A stretch of 63,719 bases of DNA, the filler included, from Collodictyon triciliatum (taxonomy: Eukaryota), in NCBI GenBank assembly GCA_043381765.1. It is 34 parts of 34 records of this genome, joined end to end, with 100 filler letters (N's around TTAATTAATTAA, not from the genome) between each part and the next. Parts side by side here need not be neighbours in the genome. Positions count along the whole stretch, not along the records: positions 1 to 1,809 come from JBHJMP010010174.1; positions 1,910 to 3,714 come from JBHJMP010010175.1; positions 3,815 to 5,619 come from JBHJMP010010176.1; positions 5,720 to 7,523 come from JBHJMP010010177.1; positions 7,624 to 9,427 come from JBHJMP010010178.1; positions 9,528 to 11,330 come from JBHJMP010010179.1; 28 more parts are not named here. The stretch is one strand, 5' to 3'. Of the stretch, positions 1 to 11,080 are shown one piece after another. Every line of letters begins with the position of its first letter. The first letter of the stretch is position 1. Under the pieces are notes generated by a model. The model was not told the DNA's origin, did no database searches, and saw only the letters and a program-made list of their open reading frames with translations. The position numbers and the translations under genes were made by a program.

Positions 1-403
1 CCACCATGCAGAGAAGTCCTCTTTGCACTCGACCTAGTGCTTATCAAACGAACCTCACTTCTCTTTTCACCATCCTTTTCGACAGCTTGCGCCATCAAAG
101 CAGTATTCCCCCTCCTCCATCCAATCAATATCACCCGTCCTTTTTTTTTTTCTCATGCTCGCGGGACACTATCACGCGTCCCCAAAAGAAATCCATGCGT
201 CTCTTATCAAGCCTCAAGGACATCTCTTTTCCCTTTTTTCTTTTTTTTTTATCTTTATCCCTGTTTTTTCTTTTTTCTATCTCTCACACATCCCACCTAC
301 TTTGGAACTACTTGCCTGATGGCTGAATGAAAGATTGTTGAGACGGGCTCAACAGCTAAGACTTTTAGAATAAAAAAAAAATGTTTCATTCACCAAAGTA
401 TTT

Positions 404-1385
404 TCAAGCCCATCCAAAAAGCTTCCTCCACTTTTGTGTGATTACCCTATTCTTTTCTTGGAAATTAGTCTCCTTTTTTGCAACAGAGGGCGGAATATTC
501 AATAACATCCACATCTGGGAGTCGGTCTGCAAACGTGGGAGATAAGACAAAAAAAAAGAAAAAGAAAAAAAAAGCAACAACCGCAAACAGCAGGACGTCG
601 TAATGCTCTCTCTTCGTTGAGGAATGAGGAAGCACTTTGCGACCAGGCGGAGGTGAAGAGCTGCGCCATGTCATTATGAAGCTGACGAAAAAGGAAAGAA
701 AATAATGTTGAGTCTGAATGCACGAAAAGAGCCAGCCGAAACCACTTCGAGCATGGTTCTTTTTCTTTCCTTTTGTGCGAAGGAGCGTCTTTTCTGAATC
801 CATTCATCCGGAATTCGTGATGTAAAAATAATGTGGAATAGACAATAAAACGAGAGGCTCTAGAAATAAGGATTATTGAAAATAGAGTGTGATAGTTTTT
901 TTAGAATTCATTTTATTTATTTATTTATTTATTACAAGGAGAGCTGGGAAATCATCGAATGAGAAAAACACTGCAGATTCCTATTCTATGATTTTCATCA
1001 GCAATGGACAATTCCTACCGATTTTGAATGATTCTCACCGCCTCGCGACCATTCGAATTCTTGAAATAACACTTCCATTTGTACGAAGCAACCAACAAAG
1101 TCTCATGCATTTCGGTTTTTTGCCGCCCACGTTTCCTAGATTCAGAACTTTCGCTTAAACTGCTGGTCTCGTCGCTTTGGACAGGCTGTTTCTCATTACC
1201 TGCGCGCTTTTTTTTTAAAATCTCGATTTGAGCACAGTTCGTCTCATTCTTTTTATTTTCAGGATGACCTAACTCTTGTCCAAGAGACTGCAGTGCGTCC
1301 AGTACTATAGGAATAACTGAGTCATAAAATGCCACAAAACATTCCCTTTTAATACAAGCTCTTATTTCTGGACAATCACCAGTTT
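404..1385 (-). CDS. Probable multi-exon hypothetical protein (fragments)
   Basis: Coding-like open stretches (AFYDSVIPIVLDALQ..., LHNDMAQLFTSAWSQ...) separated by GT..AG, T-rich segments. No recognisable domain. Confidence 0.3.
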
Positions 1386-1809
1386 ACCCTACGACATTTG
1401 ATACCACGTATTCCAATTTTTGCGTATATAATTGATTCGTTTATTTTTTCATTCGTTTCCATGTTTATGCAGTTATAAAATACATGACAGCATATTGAAA
1501 AGCCGGGCTTCGATTTTTCGAATGTTTACCATGATAAAGATTCAACGCCACCCTTATCCAGTCGCCCGGTGGTTGCAAATATTCATGCATCATGTATTGC
1601 AGCAGTAAGAAAAAAACTCACAAGGTCATAAAATAACAGTATTCGACTGAAATTACCACACAATAATGGAATAGGCGATGAAAAGTCAGATTAGCGCCAG
1701 TTCCACAATTCTCCTGATTCAAAAAGGGTACTTTTTTTTGTGTGCATAGCCAGAACAGATGCGTTCAAAAAGCCCCTGAGCTGAAAAACTGGCCCCATTG
1801 TTTACATTT

Positions 1810-1909
1810 NNNNNNNNNNNNNNNNNNNNNNNNNNNNNNNNNNNNNNNNNNNNTTAATTAATTAANNNNNNNNNNNNNNNNNNNNNNNNNNNNNNNNNNN
1901 NNNNNNNNN
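1810..1909. other. Artificial contig linker N44-TTAATTAATTAA-N44 (first of 33)
   Basis: Identical 100-nt linker with stops in all six frames recurs about every 1.9 kb, starting at 1810, 3715, 5620, 7524, 9428, 11331, 13233, 15135, 17037, 18938, 20838, 22738, 24638, 26538, 28438, 30338, 32237, 34134, 36030, 37926, 39821, 41716, 43611, 45505, 47397, 49291, 51185, 53078, 54971, 56864, 58756, 60647 and 62538. Contig lengths fall from about 1805 to 1791. Confidence 0.99.
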
Positions 1910-2013
1910 TTATTATTAGTATTATTATTAGTATTATTATTAGTATTATTATTAGTATTATTATTAGTATTATTATTAGTATTATTATTAGTATTATTAG
2001 TATTATTATTAGT

Positions 2014-2053
<40 letters not shown>

Positions 2054-2096
2054 TTTCTAGTTCGGCGATCTTTGCAGTGTTCTGGACGAGAATATC

Positions 2097-3499
2097 ATGT
2101 CCAAGTGTAAGAGATCAACCGATGGCGTTGTTAAAGTGGAAGATATGGCCATTCAGCAGGTTTTTTTTTAGCCCTTTTTCTCTTTGTTCTTATATTTTTG
2201 TTTGCAGTTTGAATTTGTAAGTGTCTGGAATCTGGTTAACGATAAATCATGTGTTTTTAATCATAATATATTCATTTCATTTTATATCTCTATAAGATTG
2301 TGATGTTTTGAAAACCCACCTAAATATTATAAAAAAATTGGACGTCGTTGAACTTCTAGGAGAGCGGATGTCGTCTTTACCAATTGAAGATGTTTTCTTC
2401 TTTTGAAAATTCCTGCAATGTTGCATTGCAAATCAACAAGATATCCATCCAAAATAAAGCAAGGCTAGAGAGCAAATCTGATGGTGGTGCAAACACGTTG
2501 GCACTACGAGTCTTTACTGTCTCCAAAACCCTTCAAGAATTTGCTGTGCAAACTATTCCGTCCATTCGTAAGGTTCGTACTCGGTTTCCGAAGGACTTTT
2601 CTTTTACTTTTCTTGAGTCGCAAACAACACCCGTTTTTATCCCGATGGTTTATTTTGGGTTTAGAATGATCACCAGGAACGCCCTTGATTTGAAAGTAAT
2701 TCGTAAAACAGTTGGGAAAAGTGGGTCGGGTGAGGCAGAGTTCAACACTTCGTACGGCATCACAACTCATCCAGAAACAGGAAATGTATATGTGGCCGAC
2801 TTTTGCAATCACCGTATTCAAGTTTTTGATCGAGAGATGAACTTCCTATTTCAATTCGGCTCTCGAGGAAAGGATGCCCAAGATTATGAATATCCATCTG
2901 GTCTAGCCTTCATGAGCAATGGTGAAACACTTGTCATAGTGGATAATGATAACCGTCGCATCAAGTTTACAAATCCTGAAGGCAAGGTCCTGAAAATCAT
3001 TGATGGGAGTTCTCCGGGCACACATAATTTCGATGAACCATATTTTGTAGCCTTAGATGCAGATGACAATATATATGTTTCAGACAGAGATAACTATCGA
3101 ATTCAGAAGTATGATAAAGAAGGCAATTTCGTTATGTTTATCGGAGAGCGCGAAAGTTCTGAGCCTGTGGGTCGTGTATGCGCCATTTTGGTGACAGATA
3201 ACAATGAGGTAATTGGGCTCGAAGAGGGAGGAAATACATTAAAGATATACACCACGCAAGGAACATTTACAAAGTCTGTTACCATTCCCCAGACTCAATC
3301 TCGAAAGAACTTCCTTGCCCGTGCCTCTCACGGCGGATATATGCTTTCCGACCGAGGCAATAACTGTATTTTATTCTTTGACTCGAATCACAGCTTTTAC
3401 CACCGAATCGATATCAACACTCCTATAGGTGTTGCGTTTGGCGACAACGATACCCTTTACGTTGTTGGTTGTGATAGTTCAATCGTATCGCTTTACTGA
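2097..3499 (+). CDS. NHL-repeat (beta-propeller) protein
   Basis: Exons 2097-2159, 2208-2216 and 2360-3499 join in phase 0. NHL motifs VYVADFCNHRIQVF, IVDNDNRRIKF and IYVSDRDNYRIQKY. Ends at TGA; the 5' end may extend upstream. Confidence 0.88.
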
Positions 3500-4256
3500 G
3501 CCTTCCCATAAGCAATAACGCTACTCCGCTTTGGATTGAATTCGGCTTTTCGCCACAACATAAAAAAAAAAGGCTTTGGGTGCCCTGAGATAAAAAAAAA
3601 TGTTACATAAGGGGGCTTTCTTTTCTTTTTCTTTTTCTTTTTCTTTTTCTTTTTCTTTTTCTTTTTCTTTTTCTTTTTCTTTTTCTTTTTCTTTTTCTTT
3701 TTCTTTTTCTTTTTNNNNNNNNNNNNNNNNNNNNNNNNNNNNNNNNNNNNNNNNNNNNTTAATTAATTAANNNNNNNNNNNNNNNNNNNNNNNNNNNNNN
3801 NNNNNNNNNNNNNNGCCCAAATATCCTCTCGTATCTCGAGCGACATTCGTCCCTTGGCTGATTCAAACACAAACCAGCCACAAAATTTCGTCCAGAATAA
3901 AAAAGAGGCTTTTGTTGTGGTGGAACATTCTATTGTGCTTAGGGATGATATAAAACCGCCGTTGTCGAGACAGGTGCAACTTTGATTTGGATGTGATAAG
4001 CCGTCCACAGACATTTTGTGACATGTAGCTCCAGCATCACGCAATGATTTGAATCCACCGTGAAATCAATAACCCATCGAAGTGCCAGCCTCAACGGAAT
4101 GGAACATTCGATTGTCCAGGATAATAACAATGATAATAATCGTGGGAATATCCTTTGACACAGGGGTTTCCATCGGGTGATGTCACATGAAAAGAATTTA
4201 TTGATTGAAGCAATTTCTTTACTCAATTTAACTATAACCTATATAGACCAAGAAAC

Positions 4257-5156
4257 ATGGCCAAATACCTCTTCATCACCGCCTTCATCGCTGCTGCCCT
4301 TATGAGCGGCGGAGTGTTATGCATCGGCCCGTATGCAAAGCTTACGAAGTACCTGGATGACCCCACTTGCACCAAAGAAGATACTCTTCTTCAGGTCATA
4401 TACTTCTCACGCGATTCCTGTCTGCAACTATCCGTGACTCCCCGAACAACGGCCGGTGGGTCCATCCAGCGACACTGTTTTGATGACCTAAGCGGCTTGA
4501 ATGCGACCTACTGCCCAGTGAACCCTGATGGGCCTCAGTGCGCCACTTGCTCTGGGAGCCGTCCTTATCGCGCATGCACACTCGAGAACACATCGGACTA
4601 TGCCCCCTCTCGCATGTATGTCAAGTACGATTGTGTCGCAGAGATGGACCCGTGGGACCGAACCTCTATCTACGCTGATCTGCAGCTGTTTGATACGAAC
4701 ACATGTAACAACGTTGTTTATCGAGAGATTATCCCTCTTTCAAACAAGCAGAATCTCCGTTGTGTCAAAGCACCTGGTCTCACATGGAGGTATCTCTATG
4801 TGTGCGAAGGCAATGCATTGAGTGTTCACAACGATTTAACTAGCGGCAACTACTGTCCTGGAAATGTTAACTTGGGCGGAGATTATGTGTGGACCATCTC
4901 TTCTCAATGTGTTCCAGTCCCTGATCCTGCCTCTGCCTGGAAAGGACTGTACGCCAGGGCCTACTGTGGATCAACGCTATCTGATTCCTCGACGCCCATC
5001 GTGAAGGAAGACGATGATTGCGACGACACTACGCTCGCTGTTGGACTCGGAATAGGTCTGCCATTGGGAATTGCCGTCCTTATTCTAAGCGCGTCTCTCT
5101 TCTTTGTCACTCGCACCATCACCAGCTCACCGGCAAAATCATCCGCAAACTTATAA
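4257..5156 (+). CDS. Cys-rich single-pass (type I) membrane protein, unknown family
   Basis: Intronless 299-aa ORF with N-terminal signal peptide, Cys-rich ectodomain, C-terminal hydrophobic helix (LAVGLGIGLPLGIAVLILSASLFFV) and short tail. Confidence 0.8.
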   Translation: MAKYLFITAFIAAALMSGGVLCIGPYAKLTKYLDDPTCTKEDTLLQVIYFSRDSCLQLSVTPRTTAGGSIQRHCFDDLSGLNATYCPVNPDGPQCATCSGSRPYRACTLENTSDYAPSRMYVKYDCVAEMDPWDRTSIYADLQLFDTNTCNNVVYREIIPLSNKQNLRCVKAPGLTWRYLYVCEGNALSVHNDLTSGNYCPGNVNLGGDYVWTISSQCVPVPDPASAWKGLYARAYCGSTLSDSSTPIVKEDDDCDDTTLAVGLGIGLPLGIAVLILSASLFFVTRTITSSPAKSSANL

Positions 5157-5207
5157 GGAAGAGGCAAGATCTAACACGAAGGAGAAACTCTCCTCGCTTT
5201 TAATCCC

Positions 5208-5278
5208 CACTCACTCACTCACTCACTCACTCACTCACTCACTCACTCACTCACTCACTCACTCACTCACTCACTCAC
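5208..5278. repeat. (CACT)n microsatellite
   Basis: Perfect tetranucleotide run. Confidence 0.95.
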
Positions 5279-5719
5279 CCAACGACCCGAGAGTCGAACA
5301 CTGTCACTTTCTTCTTGATTGCAACTGGGGATTAGCTTCGAAAAAAAAAAAGAATAAAGAGAAAGGCGTGTGCAAGAATTTCTTTTCGAGTCAAGTCTGT
5401 GGTTCGTACAAATATTCTCATATTTAAATTGTTGCTTGTCAATCAAGAATGTAATTCCCACAAGGAAAATGAATCACATCCAGATATTGAGCGCTAAGGA
5501 TATCATTATTTCACACTGCCACAGAAATGGATGCTCCCTTCACATTTCAACAGGCCGCTGGTTGCGTGCGATTGGATGCATTCTCACTGGCCAAAGCAAA
5601 TGGGTTGTTTTGATTGCTGNNNNNNNNNNNNNNNNNNNNNNNNNNNNNNNNNNNNNNNNNNNNTTAATTAATTAANNNNNNNNNNNNNNNNNNNNNNNNN
5701 NNNNNNNNNNNNNNNNNNN

Positions 5720-5813
5720 TGTCTTTGTCTTTGTCTTTGTCTTTGTCTTTGTCTTTGTCTTTGTCTTTGTCTTTGTCTTTGTCTTTGTCTTTGTCTTTGT
5801 CTTTGTCTTTGTC
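5720..5813. repeat. (TGTCTT)n microsatellite at contig end
   Basis: Perfect hexanucleotide run abutting the linker. Confidence 0.95.
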
Positions 5814-5973
5814 TATGTTTGAGATCACTGTTGATCGCCTACGTTTACGTTGGATACAAGCAGCTTTTTTGCGGTTGAAGAGAAACGTGGACATTATCGT
5901 TATAGCCTTATTCATCGAGTGCTTTTTGCCGTGCTTTTGTTCACCATCATCTTCTTTTTGCTTCCCTGCTCTC

Positions 5974-6093
5974 ATGAGTAAGCTTTCAATCCTGACCGGC
6001 TTAACCATTATTGCTGCCTTCAGCACAACAACACTAAGGCGATCAGTGCAGCAAGCTCAAAGGGCCTGGAAGGAAGCCAGGGCCACGCCATGA
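5974..6093 (+). mobile_element. Putative 5'-truncated C-terminus of a non-LTR retrotransposon ORF2
   Basis: KLSILTGLTIIAAFSTT...WKEA aligns without gaps to QISFLNSFLVTCTFSTT, followed after a frameshift by WKEA, at the end of the zf-RVT-bearing LINE ORF2 at 38026-38460. Confidence 0.5.
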
Positions 6094-7052
6094 GAAGACG
6101 CTTTCGTGAGTGCCCGAACTGCGGTGACTTTTTCGAAGAAGGCGGACCCGAAAAGCATCAGACCTCGAGTGGAATCTGCACCAGCCTCCAGTCAGAAACG
6201 CCAGCGGCCCAGCCGGCATCTTCCCAGACAGAACCCGTCGAGGAGGAGGCGCGAAGGTTGGTTCAAGAACCTGTCCGCCAGTTTTCTTGGGGTTGCTTGG
6301 ATGGCAGCAACAATCTTTGGGAGGAAGCCAGCAGCATCATCGGCAGGATGCTGGCTGCTGATACAGTTTATTCCAGGCCCTCAGCAGACACCTGCCAATC
6401 ACAAGACCCGCGAATAAGAGCTTGGATTAATCAGGTATCATGGGTGCTCTGCGATGATGCTTACGACCAGGGCTGGGGATGCAGTTATCGTGTGATCCAG
6501 ATGATTCTCCCCTTTACTAACAAGGCAAAGAGCGCTCCGTTCTGTTGGACTCATGTATGGGATTTGGGCCAGGGCTTGCGAAATGCTTGGAAGGGTGGGT
6601 GGGATAGGACAGCAGCCCGGCATTTTCTTGGCATTCAGGGATGCCCATCGACCAAGAGCGAGGACGTATGTGAGTTTGACGAGATATATGTTGATGCTGG
6701 ATGCGAATGGGACTTCCCAGCTTTTGGGTTGGAAGGTAAACATGTTGGTGCGGCAGATTGGATGGCGTATTTCGCGTATACATGGAAAGAGAAGACTACG
6801 TGGTGGAAGGCTGAGCCATCTCACAGCCCAAGCCTGAAGATGGTTTCACTGTTGAAGGAGATTGGATTAAGCTTAGATTCACCTTTGTACTGGCAAATAC
6901 CAGGACATGCTTTGCTGATAATTGGTTGGGAGTTTCGACCGATGAGCTCCAGTGTCGTATATGCACTAGATCCGAGCGTAAAAACCTGGCAGATAGAGGA
7001 GTGCATTGCAAAAGGTTCATTTTTGAAAATAATGTGTTTTTTATACCTTTAA
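6090..7052 (+). CDS. ZUP1/ZUFSP/Mug105-family (peptidase C78) deubiquitinase-like protease with N-terminal zinc finger
   Basis: Motifs DQGWGCSYRVIQM (catalytic Cys), AWKGGWD, LEGKHVGA, PLYWQIPGH (oxyanion Gln and His) and ALDP (Asp). N-terminal CPNC..H..C finger. No introns in 320 codons. Confidence 0.85.
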   Translation: MRRRFRECPNCGDFFEEGGPEKHQTSSGICTSLQSETPAAQPASSQTEPVEEEARRLVQEPVRQFSWGCLDGSNNLWEEASSIIGRMLAADTVYSRPSADTCQSQDPRIRAWINQVSWVLCDDAYDQGWGCSYRVIQMILPFTNKAKSAPFCWTHVWDLGQGLRNAWKGGWDRTAARHFLGIQGCPSTKSEDVCEFDEIYVDAGCEWDFPAFGLEGKHVGAADWMAYFAYTWKEKTTWWKAEPSHSPSLKMVSLLKEIGLSLDSPLYWQIPGHALLIIGWEFRPMSSSVVYALDPSVKTWQIEECIAKGSFLKIMCFLYL

Positions 7053-7765
7053 GATTGATATGTATTACATGTTCTGTCCGCCCTTTTCTTCTCTGTGGGT
7101 CGATTATGTAACTCTAAATGAAACATCATAGTGTGCTATTGGCTTTTCATGATTAATGCTTGTGTGTTTAGTGAATTTTGAGACAATAAGGTCTAACCTT
7201 ACTATAAATCTTAATAGGAGATTGGGCCTTAATCACATACGATGAGAAAAGAATTGACGAAATGATGACCGAGTTTGAGATTCTCCAACTAGGAGGTCAA
7301 ATCACACACGGAGAAATGAATGAAAAGAGAACAACTAAATGGTCATACTCTCATATGAAATAGCATATTTTTTTTTGTGTTTTGTTTGTTATTTGTTTGT
7401 GTTTTGTTTGTTATTTGTTTGTGTTTTGTTTGTTATTTGTTTGTTATTTGTTTGTTATTTGTTTGTTATTTGTTTGTTATTTGTTTGTTATTTGTTTGTT
7501 ATTTGTTTGTTATTTGTTTGTTANNNNNNNNNNNNNNNNNNNNNNNNNNNNNNNNNNNNNNNNNNNNTTAATTAATTAANNNNNNNNNNNNNNNNNNNNN
7601 NNNNNNNNNNNNNNNNNNNNNNNAGAAAGAAAGAAAGAAAAAAAGAAAGAAAAAAAGAAAGAAAAAAAGAAAGAAAAAAAGAAAGAAAAAAAGAAAGAAA
7701 AAAAGAAAGAAAAAAAGAAAGAGATTTGTTGAAAGTATGTCTGGAAGTGGGTGAGCGAGACAAAC

Positions 7766-8495
7766 GTTGTGGGGGAACATGGCGGCACCATGGATGTAAT
7801 TTGCACCGTGAACAGAGTCTATCCCGTAAATCATTGGGATGCGGCAGCCTTCGGAAATGAAGATGTTCTGCAGGTCAGTGACAAGCTTGACCCATTGCTG
7901 CGGAGTCAGATTACGAACGACTTCGTTGGATGAGGGCGAGTTTAGGATGGAGCCGATGCAATATGTGCTGACCAACTCTCGCGTCTGTGTTGCGTAGGAG
8001 CCGGGTTGTAAAGATAACAAAAAAAATATGAAGAGGAAAAAAAGATATAGATGAGTAATAAAACAGAGTTATTTAGAAACTGGGTGTAATAGGGCTTCCG
8101 TAAATGAACCCTGGAAACATTACTGGTGTATTAGTATCCTAAGATTGGGAAACAATAGCCAAACTCATCTATTGAAAAGGTCATGACAAAATGCACAAGC
8201 TGCTCGGTACATATCGCATGTGTCTCACCTTCTCCACATCTACTTCCAAAGGATTCGCTCGTCGCACAAACTGAAGAATCTCCAGCTGGGTCATCTGCCC
8301 GATCTTCTGCTCGAGGGTCAAAGAAAGCAAAAGCTTCTGCACACGAGGCGAATACACCGACGTTTGGTTGCCGGTGGCTGAGTTTCCTTGGCTGTGGCTC
8401 TGCACATCAAGAGGCACAGATTGAACGGACAAAAAGCTCGCGGAAACCAACGCAAGGGTCAAGGCCAGCAGGAGAGATCCACGGAAGTGCTTCAT
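7766..8495 (-). CDS. Secreted/lysosomal glycoside hydrolase family 3 beta-glucosidase, 5' part
   Basis: Signal peptide, LTLEQKIGQMTQ, IGSILNSP, IPMIYGIDSVHGANY..FPHN. Multi-exon; runs off the contig. Confidence 0.92.
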
Positions 8496-9527
8496 TGCCG
8501 CTAAACCGTCAAGAGAGTTACTAGAATTGCTCTGGTTTCTTTATCTTTTCTTTTGTGTCTTGTTGCTTCGTGACTCTGATTCGTCGAGTACAAGGATGTG
8601 TTTCCTTCTAGATGGAGTCTGTGGGGGTCTGTGGTTGGAATGCACCAATACCGAGTCGATCTGACGGGCGAGGCTTGAATATGGGCAGCATATGAAGGAA
8701 TGATTCAGAGACAAAGCGCTTATGTTCTGCATTGCGATTAGGGGCGGGTGCGCGAGTGGCTGTAATTGAGCAGCTCCACATCCTGTCAAACGAAAGAAAT
8801 TCGAATGGCCGATTGTCGAGGACACGCAAACACTGCGGGGATGACAAGAACGTCAGTCTTCCTATGCAGTCTTGTTGCGTGCCTTGTCTTGTTTTGTTCT
8901 GGCTCTTTGACAGGCGGCAACGATTCTGGATATGGAATGGGCTAAGCAGGACGCTGTTAGTTTAGACTGCATAGCGCACCATAGCGAATTTTTCCATTTC
9001 TGGATGGTTACTTTGAGAATATGTTCGTTAATTCAGCCACGGCCGAATCCAAGTGCGGTCATCCGCGCTGCTGCGCTCGAGCGTGTTGGTGGTGTGGTAT
9101 GACCAGGATTGCTCCGCTTTCTGGAAGGCAGGCACACGATCACAGGGGCTGCGCAACCTCCAACGCCGCGGCTCTGCGCTGGCTGAAGGAGGCGTGTTTC
9201 TTTTGAACTGGTGACAAGGCAGACTCTGGCCAATTATATTCGTTTTTTTTTTTTTTATGAAAACAAACGAAACAAGAGAAACAAACGAAACTACTAAACA
9301 AAAAAAGAAAAAAGAAAAAAAGAAAAAAAGAAAAAAGAAAAAAGAAAAAGAAAAAAGAAAAAGAAAAAGAAAAAGAAAAAAGGAAAAAGAAAAAGAGAAA
9401 AAAAGAAAAAAAGAAAAAAAGAAAAAANNNNNNNNNNNNNNNNNNNNNNNNNNNNNNNNNNNNNNNNNNNNTTAATTAATTAANNNNNNNNNNNNNNNNN
9501 NNNNNNNNNNNNNNNNNNNNNNNNNNN

Positions 9528-9870
9528 GTAGTGGAGATAGATACGGAGACAAAGACGGACGCAGAGGAAGACTTAAGAAGCCAAGATGTTCAAGAGAACG
9601 CACACGTAGTGGAGATAGATACGGAGACAAAGACGGACGCAGAGGAAGACTTAAGAAGCCAAGATGTTCAAGAGAACGCACGCGTAGTGGAGATAGATAC
9701 GGAGACAAAGACGGACGCAGAGGAAGACTTAAGAAGCCAAGATGTTCAAGAGAACGCACACGTAGTGGAGATAGATACGGAGACAAAGATGGACGCAGAG
9801 GAAGACTCAACAAGTCAAGATGTTCAAGAGAACGCACGCGTAGTGGAGATAGATACGGAGACAAAGACGG
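9528..9870 (+). repeat. 78-bp coding tandem repeat (26 aa VVEIDTETKTDAEEDLRSQDVQENAH), more than 4 copies
   Basis: Units start at 9528, 9606, 9684, 9762 and 9840; the array continues into the gap. Confidence 0.95.
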
Positions 9871-11077
9871 AAACCGAGGGAGGCACGAGAAGCCAGGAGA
9901 CTCATGAGGGTATCAAGGCGGAGGAGACAGATACGGAGACAAAGGACGGGACAAGGAGCGAGGAGAAGCCAGAGGAGGCGCATGTGGTCTCTGCGCGCTT
10001 CCGCCCTGTGGACGGAGAAGCAAGCGCGGCGATGAGCAGGCTGCTGTCTGCAGGGCTGCTCGGGCGTGCGTGGCGGTGGGTGCGGATGGGGAGCGGGATT
10101 CTCGTGGGCGGGGCGGCCATGCTGTGTCTGCTGCTGCTGTCGCCCCTGCGTCTGCTGCACCCGCTGCTGAAGCTGCTCCGCGTGCCGCGCAGGTATCTCC
10201 CGCTCGACGTGCTGCAGCGCGTGTGGGCCCGCCTCATGCTGCTGCTCTTTGGTGTCCGCGTGCGCGTGCACGGGGCCGAGCTCGTCCCGCAGGACCGGCC
10301 GGTCATTGTGATGTTCAGCCACTCGTGTGAGTGCTCTCGTCCTCACCATCTGTCTAATATGTCCTCATATCCATCGCTCGTCTAATCTGCCCTCATCCTC
10401 GCCATCCATCTAATCCGCTCTCATCTTCGCCATCCATCTACTCTTCTCTCATCTTTTCCATCCATCTAATCCGCTCTCATCTTCACCATCCATCTACTCT
10501 TCTCTCATCTTCACCATCCATCTAATCCGCTCTCATCTTCGCCATCCATCTACTCTTCTCTCATCTTCACCATCCATCTAATCCGCTCTCATCTTCGCCA
10601 TCCATCTACTCTTCTCTAATCCTCACCACCACCCATCTAATCTTCTCTCATCTTCGCCACCCACTTAATCCGCTCTCATCTTCGCCATCCATCTACTCTT
10701 CTCTCATCTTCTCCACCCACCTAATCCGCCCTCATCTTCGCCATCCAATCAGCTCTCTCCTCTATCTGCTGAGATCAAGTTATACACACGTAGCCGGGCT
10801 GGACCCGTTTGTCATCGTGGGCCACTATCCAGGGTCCGTGCGCCTGGTGGCGAAGCGGTCTCTGCTGCTGGTGCCGCTCTTTGGACTCACCGGCTACCTC
10901 TACGGCCACATCTACATCAACCGCGGCGACCGGACCAGCGCCATCGGGTCCCTCAACCAGGCCGCCTCCGCCATCACACAGCGCAAGCAGAGCATCGCCA
11001 TCAGCCCGGAGGGCACCCGCTCCACCGACGGCCGCCTGCATCCCTTCAAAAAGGGCCCGTTCCATCTTGCCCGCCAG
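9528..11077 (+). CDS. 1-acyl-sn-glycerol-3-phosphate acyltransferase (PlsC/LPAAT) with N-terminal acidic repeats, partial
   Basis: Splicing 10326 to 10794 gives the HX4D motif HSSGLD. Also VAKRSL, INRG and SPEGTRS..FKKG. A hydrophobic anchor precedes the domain. Confidence 0.93.
10375..10750. repeat. Intronic 28-bp minisatellite with alternating variants
   Basis: Unit CATCCATCTA(ATCCG/CTCTT)CTCTCATCTTC(G/A)C at 10403, 10431, 10459, 10487 and onward. Confidence 0.9.
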
Positions 11078-11080
11078 GTT

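Noticed and set aside
7144-7160. TCATGATTAATGCTT as a TSD partner of TCATGAGTAAGCTT at 5972
   Set aside because: Needs a mismatch and a gap, and overlaps the presumed element sequence; too weak to count as support.
7339-7579. ORF-track proteins made of poly-I/Y/L, MYVC, FFLS, KKEK and similar, here and at many contig ends
   Set aside because: They are translations of microsatellites running into N gaps, not genes.
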